Below, piece by piece: positions 57,469 to 64,000 of a DNA stretch of 64,000 nt (its first letter is position 1; each line of letters starts with the position of its first letter). This DNA comes from Candidatus Multivorans azotirespirans. GTDB lineage: Bacteria > Acidobacteriota > Thermoanaerobaculia > Multivoradales > Multivoraceae. The DNA lies in NCBI GenBank assembly GCA_027493095.1, contig JAPVXD010000198.1:30253-94252 (forward strand). The letters run 5' to 3'. The notes under the pieces are model-generated. The model ran no database searches. It had not been told where the DNA came from and was given only the letters and a program-made list of their open reading frames with translations. The translations under genes and the position numbers were made by a program.

Positions 57469-58455
57469 CTGAGCGCGGAAGCTCAGGTTCGGGCCGCCGT
57501 CGTCGGCGCCGGCGCGATGGGACGCCACCACGTCCGTCTGCTGTCTCGCCTGCTGGGGCCCGACTCGGTGTTCGTGGTCGACGCGGATCCGGCGCGGGCG
57601 GAACACGCCGCGCTCGAGCATGGGGCGTCGGTCGCGGCCGGGATCGACGAGGTCCTGAACGCGGTGGACGTCGCCGTCGTCGCCGTGCCGACGGTCGACC
57701 ACCTGGAGGTTTCGGCGCGTCTGATCGAGGCCGATGTTCACGTGCTGGTGGAGAAGCCGATCGCGGCGGATCTCGACCTGGCGGATGCCATGATCGCGGC
57801 GGCTGCGTCGCGCGGCGTCGTCCTGGCGGTGGGGCATGTCGAGTTCTACAATCCGGCCGTTCAGCAAGTGCTGGCGCTGGGGCTCGAGCCCCGCTTCGTC
57901 GAAGTCGAACGGATGTCGCCGTTCAGCCCGCGCAGCCTGGATGTGGACGTTGTCCTTGACCTGATGATTCACGACCTGCAGATCCTCCACGCCCTCGACC
58001 CGAGTCCGGTGCGAGAGGTGCGGGCCGTGGGGATCGACGTCCTTTCGGACCGGGTCGACATCGCCGACGCGCGGATCGAACTCGAGTCCGGTTGCGTGGC
58101 GAACCTGACCGCTTCCCGCGTCTCGGCCGACCGCGTGCGCCAGTTGCGGGTCTTCTTCGAGGATCGCTACTTCTCGCTCGACTACCAGAAGCAGACGGTG
58201 CGGGGGGCGCGGCGCGTGCGCGGTGAAGAGAACGCGCCCGGCGGAGACTCCGTGTCCGCCGGCGGGCCGGCGGGCCGGATCCTCGCCGCCGATCTCGAGG
58301 TCGACGGCGGCGAGCCGCTGCGGCTCGAGCTCGAGGGGTTTCTCGACCGCTGTGCCGGCGGCGGGGCGCCGTTCGTCGACGGCGCGGCGGGCCGGCGGGC
58401 GCTGGAGACGGCCCTGCTCGTGAACTCGACGATAGCCGGGAGCGCCGGCGCATGA
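57469..58455 (+). CDS. Gfo/Idh/MocA family NAD(P)-dependent oxidoreductase (possible GnnA-like UDP-GlcNAc 3-dehydrogenase); apparent non-canonical CTG start
   Basis: Rossmann loop VVGAGAMGRHH lies upstream of the first in-frame ATG (57517), so the start must be earlier. The only plausible in-frame start is CTG at 57469, preceded by GGGAG 6 nt upstream. ATGA overlap with mtnP at the 3' end. Confidence 0.6.
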   Translation: MSAEAQVRAAVVGAGAMGRHHVRLLSRLLGPDSVFVVDADPARAEHAALEHGASVAAGIDEVLNAVDVAVVAVPTVDHLEVSARLIEADVHVLVEKPIAADLDLADAMIAAAASRGVVLAVGHVEFYNPAVQQVLALGLEPRFVEVERMSPFSPRSLDVDVVLDLMIHDLQILHALDPSPVREVRAVGIDVLSDRVDIADARIELESGCVANLTASRVSADRVRQLRVFFEDRYFSLDYQKQTVRGARRVRGEENAPGGDSVSAGGPAGRILAADLEVDGGEPLRLELEGFLDRCAGGGAPFVDGAAGRRALETALLVNSTIAGSAGA

Positions 58456-59345
58456 GCGTTGACACTTACCCGATCGGGATCATCGGCGGCTCCGGTCTCT
58501 ACGGCATGGAGGAGCTCGACGTTCACGAGGAACGGGCGATCGCGACGCCGTTCGGAAGTCCGTCGGAGGTCTTCGTGCTCGGTGAACTCAGGGGCCGCCC
58601 CGTCGCCTTCCTGGCCCGGCACGGCCGCGGTCACCGCATCCTGCCCAGCGAACTGAACTTCCGCGCCAACATTTTTGCCTTCAAGAGCCTGGGCGTGGAG
58701 CGGCTGATCTCGCTCTCCGCGGTCGGCTCGCTGCGGCGGCGCTACCAGCCGACCCACATCGTGGTGCCGGACCAGTTCATCGACCGCACGCGGCACCGTC
58801 CGGATACTTTCTTCGGTAACGGGCTGGCGGCCCACGTCGCCTTCGCCGATCCGATCTGTCCGCTGCTGATGGAGGTCTGCGCCGACCAGGCGGCCGCGGC
58901 CGGCGCGGTGGTCCATCGCGGCGGAATCTACGTGTGCATGGAGGGGCCTCAGTTCTCGACTCGCGCCGAGTCCTTCATGCACAGGAGTTGGGGCGCGGAC
59001 GTGATCGGAATGACGAACCTGCAGGAGGCCAAGCTCGCCCGCGAGGCGGAGATCTGCTACGCGACCCTGGCCCTCATTACGGACTACGACTGCTGGCACG
59101 AGGAGGAAGAGGACGTGACGGTCGAGGCCGTGCTCGCGGTCCTGCGGCAGAACGCGCGCACCGCCCAGGCCGCGGTTGCCAGGATCGTCGAGTCCTTGCC
59201 GGAAGAGCGCCGGCCCGGAGCGTGTCCCTGCATCAATGCGCTGGAGCACGCCCTGATCACCGATCCGGCGGTCGTTCCGGCGTCCGTTCTGCGCGATCTG
59301 GCGCCGATTGTCGGTCGCCTACTCGGCAACGGTCGCGACCGATGA
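58452..59345 (+). CDS. mtnP: S-methyl-5'-thioadenosine phosphorylase
   Basis: IGIIGGSGLY...PSE..FRAN motifs of the MTAP/PNP family, 297 aa. Confidence 0.85.
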   Translation: MSVDTYPIGIIGGSGLYGMEELDVHEERAIATPFGSPSEVFVLGELRGRPVAFLARHGRGHRILPSELNFRANIFAFKSLGVERLISLSAVGSLRRRYQPTHIVVPDQFIDRTRHRPDTFFGNGLAAHVAFADPICPLLMEVCADQAAAAGAVVHRGGIYVCMEGPQFSTRAESFMHRSWGADVIGMTNLQEAKLAREAEICYATLALITDYDCWHEEEEDVTVEAVLAVLRQNARTAQAAVARIVESLPEERRPGACPCINALEHALITDPAVVPASVLRDLAPIVGRLLGNGRDR

Positions 59346-60124
59346 GTGCCGCCAGACTTCTCCTGACGAATGACGACGGCGTTGACGCGCCGGGTCTGCG
59401 CAGCCTCGCCGCGGCGCTCGACGGAGCGTCGACCGCCAGGGGACCGATCACCTACGATGTGGTGGCCCCGGAGCGCGAGCAAAGCGGTTGCAGCCAGGCG
59501 CTGACCCTGTTCCGGCCGCTGCGCGCGAAGCGGGTGCGGGAGGGCTGGTTCGCGGTGGACGGGACGCCCTCCGATTGCGTCAACCTGGCGGTTCACTCGC
59601 TGCTGGAGCAGCGTCCCGATCTGCTCGTGTCGGGGGTCAACATGGGGGTCAACCTGGGTGACGACGTGACCCACAGCGGCACGGTGGGCGCGGCGCTCGA
59701 GGGACGGCTCGCAGGCGTGCCGGCAGTCGCGTTCTCCCAGGAGTACCGGAAGGCCCGCCGCGCCGACATGGAACGCGCCGCGGCGCTGGCCGCCCGGGCG
59801 ATCGTCTCGCTCGTCGAGCAGGGAATTCCCGAGCGCCTGCTGCTCAACGTGAACTTCCCGTTCGACCCGCCCCGCGGGGTCAGGGTCGCGCGACTCGGCC
59901 GGCGGCCCTACCGCAACACGGTCGTCGAACAGGCGGATCCGCGGGGCGGCACGATGTACTGGATCGTCGGCAAGCCGGACCCGGAGCGCCGGCAAGACAC
60001 GGATGCGGCCGCGATCAGGGACGGCTTCATCTCGATCACGCCGCTTACCGCCGACCTGACCGACGGCGAGTCGCTCGACGCCGGCGACGGATTTCTGCCT
60101 GGTCTCGCGGGAGCCCTGGGTTGA
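59342..60124 (+). CDS. surE: 5'/3'-nucleotidase SurE
   Basis: LLLTNDDGVDAPGL N-terminus with a DD metal site and GxNxG motif. ATGA overlap with mtnP. Confidence 0.9.
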   Translation: MSAARLLLTNDDGVDAPGLRSLAAALDGASTARGPITYDVVAPEREQSGCSQALTLFRPLRAKRVREGWFAVDGTPSDCVNLAVHSLLEQRPDLLVSGVNMGVNLGDDVTHSGTVGAALEGRLAGVPAVAFSQEYRKARRADMERAAALAARAIVSLVEQGIPERLLLNVNFPFDPPRGVRVARLGRRPYRNTVVEQADPRGGTMYWIVGKPDPERRQDTDAAAIRDGFISITPLTADLTDGESLDAGDGFLPGLAGALG

Positions 60125-60174
60125 AGACGGAAACGGCCGGTCCGGGCGGTGGATACCCCTACGCCCGCCGCCGC

Positions 60175-60810
60175 ATGGTGGCGAACCTGGTCGAACGCGG
60201 CGGTCTGCGGGACGAGCGGGTGATCGCCGCTTTCGAGCGGGTGCCGCGCCACCTGTTCGTGCCCGAGCATCTGGTCAATGACGCGTATGGCGACCACGCG
60301 CTACCGATCGGTTGCGAGCAGACGATCTCCCAGCCCTACGTGGTGGCGCGCATGACCGAGGATCTGGGCGTGCGGGAGGACGACTCCGTGCTGGAGATCG
60401 GCACCGGCTCCGGCTACCAGACGGCGATCCTCGCTTTGCTGGCGCACCGGATCTACAGCATTGAGCGGGTGGGCCGGTTGGCGCGCGAGGCGATCGGCCG
60501 GATCCAGGCCCTCGAGCTGCCGAACGTCAAGGTTCAGGTCTTCGACGGCACGGTCGGCTGGAGCGCCGAAGCCCCATTCGACCGGATCCTCGTGGCCGCC
60601 GCCGCGCCGCGAGTTCCGGACTCACTCCTCGAACAACTGGCGCCGGGCGGGCGTCTTGTGATCCCTGAGGGCGACCGCCACGAACAGCGCCTGGTCGCCT
60701 ACGAGAAGCACGACAACGGCACCGTCGCTCGCGAGCTCGGCGAAGCGGTGCGCTTCGTGCCGCTGATCGGCCGTCACGGTTGGAAGACGAAGGCCGAGGC
60801 GGCCCAGTAA
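60175..60810 (+). CDS. pcm: Protein-L-isoaspartate O-methyltransferase
   Basis: SAM-binding motif VLEIGTGSGYQTA and the C-terminal LV.PEG motif. ATG at 60175 fits the family N-terminus; a TTG at 60121 is also in frame. Confidence 0.9.
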   Translation: MVANLVERGGLRDERVIAAFERVPRHLFVPEHLVNDAYGDHALPIGCEQTISQPYVVARMTEDLGVREDDSVLEIGTGSGYQTAILALLAHRIYSIERVGRLAREAIGRIQALELPNVKVQVFDGTVGWSAEAPFDRILVAAAAPRVPDSLLEQLAPGGRLVIPEGDRHEQRLVAYEKHDNGTVARELGEAVRFVPLIGRHGWKTKAEAAQ

Positions 60811-60825
60811 CGCGGAGGGGCGGAC

Positions 60826-61377
60826 ATGAGGGATGATCCGGCCGGGGCCAAGGATCCGGCGAAGTGGCTGAAGGAACGGATCCGCGAAGTTCCCGACTTT
60901 CCGAAACCGGGCATTCTGTACAAGGACATCACGACGCTGCTCAAGGACCCGGCGGCGCTGCGCGAGACCGCCGACCGGCTCGCGGAGCGGTTCGCCGGCC
61001 GGCGCATCGAGCAGGTGGTGGGAATCGAGGCGCGGGGCTTCATCTTCGGTCCCCTCGTGGCGAACCGGCTGAACGTGGGTTTCGTGCCCGTGCGCAAACC
61101 GGGGAAGCTGCCGGCCGAGACGGCTTCGCGCAGCTACGAGCTCGAGTACGGCCGCGACACCCTGGAGGTGCATCTCGACGGCGTCGCCGGTGGCGAGCGC
61201 GTCGTCCTGGTCGACGACCTGCTGGCGACGGGCGGCACCGCGAAGGCGGCGGCGGAGCTCATCGAGTCCGTCGGCGGAACGGTCGACGCGATCGGATTCG
61301 TCGTCGAGTTGACCTACCTGGACGGCCGCCGCCGGCTCGATGGATACGACGTGGTTGAATCCCTGGTCCGATACTGA
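60826..61377 (+). CDS. apt: Adenine phosphoribosyltransferase
   Basis: PRPP motif [14 protein letters not shown], 183 aa. Confidence 0.9.
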   Translation: MRDDPAGAKDPAKWLKERIREVPDFPKPGILYKDITTLLKDPAALRETADRLAERFAGRRIEQVVGIEARGFIFGPLVANRLNVGFVPVRKPGKLPAETASRSYELEYGRDTLEVHLDGVAGGERVVLVDDLLATGGTAKAAAELIESVGGTVDAIGFVVELTYLDGRRRLDGYDVVESLVRY

Positions 61378-61412
61378 GATCCTTCGACGGTCGTCGCGGC
61401 GGCGGTTCCAGA

Positions 61413-61489
61413 GCGCCTGTAGCTCAGCCGGATAGAGCGGCGGATTCCTAATCCGCAGGTCGGAGGTTCGAGTCCTCCCAGGCGCACCA
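61413..61489 (+). tRNA. tRNA-Arg (anticodon CCT)
   Basis: Cloverleaf drawn by hand: acceptor GCGCCTG/CAGGCGC, anticodon stem GCGGA/TCCGC with loop TTCCTAA, T-arm GGTTCGAGTCC, encoded CCA end. Confidence 0.9.
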
Positions 61490-61510
61490 CAAACGCGCCG
61501 CGCCTCGCTA

Positions 61511-61696
61511 CTACTCTTCGATCTCGCGCTTGGGCTTGTCCTCGGCCTCGTCCTCGTCCGGTCCCTTCAGGCCCTGCTTGAAGTTGCGGATGCCGCTGCC
61601 CAGGCCGCCCGCCAGCTTCGGAATGCGGCTGGCGCCGAAGATCAGGACGACGATCGCGAGAACGATCAGGAGTTCGCCGAATCCCAGGGTGGGCAT
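61511..61696 (-). CDS. tatA: Sec-independent translocase component TatA/E
   Basis: 61 aa: MPTLGFGELLIVLAIVVLIFGASRIPKLAGGLG, an N-terminal TM, amphipathic helix and acidic tail. Confidence 0.85.
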   Translation of the reverse strand: MPTLGFGELLIVLAIVVLIFGASRIPKLAGGLGSGIRNFKQGLKGPDEDEAEDKPKREIEE

Positions 61697-61787
61697 CTTG
61701 AGTGCTCCAGTGGTTTGTTTAGCCGGCCCCCTTCGCTGCCGGGGCCGTTGGCCAAGTCTGCCACACGGTCGCTCGAGTCGCGGGCAT

Positions 61788-61945
61788 GCCGTTCTGGCTT
61801 GCATGGAACCGGCCGCCCGACAAGGAGCCGGCCTTGCGGCCGGCGCGTCTCCCTGGCCGCCTTCGGCGGCAGCCGGCGGGGACGCCGGCGCACCCAGTGG
61901 GCGGCCAGTTCCATGCAAGCCCGCGCTGCGAAGACGCAGCGCGGG
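61788..61945. repeat. REP/MITE-like element, locus C (inverted copy of the core, flanked by 13-bp inverted repeats, plus a GC hairpin)
   Basis: Outer inverted repeats GCTTGCATGGAAC (61788-61800) and GTTCCATGCAAGC (61908-61920); core GCCGGCGGGGACGCCGGCGCACCCAGT (61872-61898) is the reverse complement of the locus A/B core; hairpin CCCGCGCTGCG-AAGAC-GCAGCGCGGG at 61920-61945. Confidence 0.6.
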
Positions 61946-61979
61946 CTGCTAGGGTTCGCCGCGTCGGAGGAGATGCGGA

Positions 61980-62828
61980 ATGAGCCGGTTGACACGAGAC
62001 GAGATACGGCGCGACGAGGTTCGGGAGGCTGTCTTTTCGGCTTCCACGTGGTTCGCGGAGCATGTTCGACAGATCCTGATGGGCGTCGTCGCGGTGATCG
62101 CCGTGGTCGTCGGAGCCGTGCTGTTCCTGAACTACCAGGATGGCCGGGAGAAGGAGGCCAGCTACCAGCTCAGCGCGGCCCTGAAGGTCTACCGGGCGCC
62201 GATCGACGCGCCGGCGACGGACGCAATCGACGACCTGTTCGGTACGCCTCCCGACAGCGCCCCGGAGGAAAGCGTCGTGGAAGAGGCGGAGGCGCCGGAT
62301 GCCGGGAGCGAAACCGGCGGCAACGGCCTGAGCTTCGCCTCGGAGGCGGAGCGGCGCTCGGCGGCGAGGACGGAACTCGAGGCCGTGAGGGAGAGCTACG
62401 GCTCGACCTCGTCCGGCCGGCTGGCTTCCGTCTACCTCGGGCAGATCGCGGCGGCTGAAGGGGATACCGCGAAGGCGCGGGAGCTGTGGACGAGTTACCT
62501 GGAGGCCGCCGGCCGCGATCACGCGATCGCCATCGGCGTGCAGTTGAACCTCTACAGCCTGGATCGGGCCGAGGGGCGGGGCGAGGAACTGGCCGCCACG
62601 CTGCGCGGCGCGGTGGCGGCCGAATCGTCGCCGCTGCCGAAGGACGCCCTGCTGTTCGAGTTGGCCGCCACCCTGGCGCAACTCGGCGACGAAGAGGGTG
62701 CCCGGGAGACCTTCCAGCGGGTGGTCAACGAGTTCCCGGACAGCGGCTACGCGATCCGCGCCCGGCAGCAGCTCGGAGCTCGCCGCCTTCCTGATGGCCG
62801 CCGCGATGCGAGGGCTCGACCGGGATGA
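61980..62828 (+). CDS. YfgM-like membrane-anchored TPR-like protein (ancillary SecYEG translocon subunit family)
   Basis: GGAGG RBS and an N-terminal TM (ILMGVVAVIAVVVGAVLFLNY) followed by an Ala/Leu-rich helical repeat region. Its last ~45 codons are read in a different frame by the downstream phosphorylase gene. Confidence 0.5.
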   Translation: MSRLTRDEIRRDEVREAVFSASTWFAEHVRQILMGVVAVIAVVVGAVLFLNYQDGREKEASYQLSAALKVYRAPIDAPATDAIDDLFGTPPDSAPEESVVEEAEAPDAGSETGGNGLSFASEAERRSAARTELEAVRESYGSTSSGRLASVYLGQIAAAEGDTAKARELWTSYLEAAGRDHAIAIGVQLNLYSLDRAEGRGEELAATLRGAVAAESSPLPKDALLFELAATLAQLGDEEGARETFQRVVNEFPDSGYAIRARQQLGARRLPDGRRDARARPG

Positions 62829-63930
62829 AACGCGGGAGCTGACCCTGGCGATGCTCGAGTCCGGCGACCAGTGGGCCCTGGCGAAGGACTTCGGTCCCCT
62901 GGTCGACAAGCACTCCACCGGCGGCGTCGGCGACACGGTCAGTCTGATCGCTTTGCCGCTGCTGGCCTCCTGCGGCGTACCGGCGGCCAAGCTGACGGGC
63001 CGGGCCCTGGGGCACAGCGGCGGCACCGCCGACAAGCTCGAGAGCATCCCCGGCGTCCGCCTGGAGCTCGACCGCGCCGGCACCCTCGACCTGCTGGACC
63101 GCTTCGGCATGGCGATCGGCATCGCCACCGCCGGCATCGCACCCGCCGACAAACGTCTTTACGGCCTGCGGGATCGCACCTCGACCGTGAGTTCCATTCC
63201 CCTCGTCGTCGGCAGCATTCTGTCCAAGAAACTGGCGCTCGGAGCGTCCGGGATCGTGTTCGACGTGAAGAGCGGTAACGGCGCCTTCTTCCCCGACGCG
63301 CGCGACACGCGCTCGCTGGCCTCGAGCCTCGTCGAGATCAGCGCCGCTTGCGGCACGCCGGCCGACTACGTCCTGAGCGACATGAACCAGCCCCTGGGTC
63401 GCTGGGTTGGCCACGCGGCCGAAGTGAGGGAAGCGCTGGATTGCCTCGCCGGCGACGGCGACCCGCGGTTGCTCGAGGTGGTGACCGCGATCTGCGGCAA
63501 GGCTGCCCGCCTGGTAGGAAAGAAACTCCTGCCGCGGGAGATCGAGGCTGCGATCGCTTCCGGCGACGCCCGGCAGAAGCTCCTCGACTGGGCCGACGCG
63601 CAGGGCGCCAGGTCCGGCTGGGTCGACTCCCTCGACCTGGCGCCGGTCGAAGCCGTCGTCACCGCCTCCGGGTCGGGGTTCCTCGCAGCCGTCGACTGCC
63701 GCCGTATCGGCAACGCCTTCGCCAACGCGTGCCGCCCGAACCGGGACCCGAACAGCATCGACCACGCCGTCGCGCTCCGCTACGACGTCCGGCTTGGCCA
63801 GAAAGTGGAACGCGGCCAGGAACTGGCGCGCCTCTACGTGCGCCGCGATCCTGAACCGCTGCAGCGCGAGGTCGCCGCGGCGCTCGTCATCGGTGACCAG
63901 ATCGAAGCGCCCCCGCCGGTAGTGGAGTAG
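62794..63930 (+). CDS. Thymidine/pyrimidine-nucleoside phosphorylase family protein, apparently lacking the first N-terminal helix (5' end overlaps the yfgM-like gene)
   Basis: Homology starts at AAFLMAAAMRGLDRDETRELTLAML...DKHSTGGVGD...GHSGGTADKLESIPG. The in-frame stretch upstream to the GTG at 62698 reads as Ser/Thr/Arg-rich off-frame-like sequence. Start is set at the ATG at 62794 (uncertain). Confidence 0.75.
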   Translation: MAAAMRGLDRDETRELTLAMLESGDQWALAKDFGPLVDKHSTGGVGDTVSLIALPLLASCGVPAAKLTGRALGHSGGTADKLESIPGVRLELDRAGTLDLLDRFGMAIGIATAGIAPADKRLYGLRDRTSTVSSIPLVVGSILSKKLALGASGIVFDVKSGNGAFFPDARDTRSLASSLVEISAACGTPADYVLSDMNQPLGRWVGHAAEVREALDCLAGDGDPRLLEVVTAICGKAARLVGKKLLPREIEAAIASGDARQKLLDWADAQGARSGWVDSLDLAPVEAVVTASGSGFLAAVDCRRIGNAFANACRPNRDPNSIDHAVALRYDVRLGQKVERGQELARLYVRRDPEPLQREVAAALVIGDQIEAPPPVVE

Positions 63931-64000
63931 CGGGGAACCGACGACGGGTGTCACTCGCCTCGCTACACTGCCGCCGGTGAAGGCTTCGATTCTCGCGGTC

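Overview
This is a very GC-rich chromosomal segment (roughly 70% G+C by eye) from a Gram-negative bacterium. Lineage is not assignable from this window alone; the window carries bamA, lpxD-fabZ-lpxA, lolDE, tatA and addAB. The third position GC bias produces many long antisense or alternate-frame ORFs in the six-frame track, which I treated as spurious unless the translation showed recognisable motifs.

About half the window (35.5-63.9 kb) is housekeeping: hisS-aspS-aroB-ftsY-ribD-ribE, lysS, purine nucleoside phosphorylase, hpt, lolE-lolD, clpC, bamA, lpxD-fabZ-lpxA, mtnP-surE-pcm-apt, tRNA-Arg(CCT), tatA and a thymidine-phosphorylase-family gene.

The first 35 kb is more accessory:
- an R2lox-like ferritin-fold gene followed by a partial ENPP-type phosphodiesterase;
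- an MFS transporter;
- two VapBC toxin-antitoxin pairs;
- a sulfatase, an Asp/Glu racemase, a cupin, PQQ beta-propeller proteins, and addB-addA.

The most unusual block is a ~14.3-kb minus-strand cluster (5271-19572) of six tightly coupled genes: ABC ATPase, an ABC-2 permease with a ~880-aa extracytoplasmic degenerate M1-aminopeptidase-like domain, an RND periplasmic adaptor lipoprotein, an RND permease, a 1605-aa ORF in which a second RND permease is fused in frame to extra TM helices plus an ABC nucleotide-binding domain, and a small ABC-2 permease.

Other items worth a second look:
- a secreted PSCyt1 c-type cytochrome fused to a PHM/DBH-like copper monooxygenase-like domain with a C-terminal EF-hand;
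- BamA carrying an in-frame C-terminal Skp/OmpH-like extension, with the canonical bamA-skp-lpxD synteny broken by an opposite-strand PQQ-propeller gene;
- a ~27-bp GC-hairpin intergenic repeat present at three loci, two of them next to apparent rearrangement junctions;
- a thymidine-phosphorylase-family gene whose 5' end overlaps the preceding gene in another frame (~130 nt of overlap).
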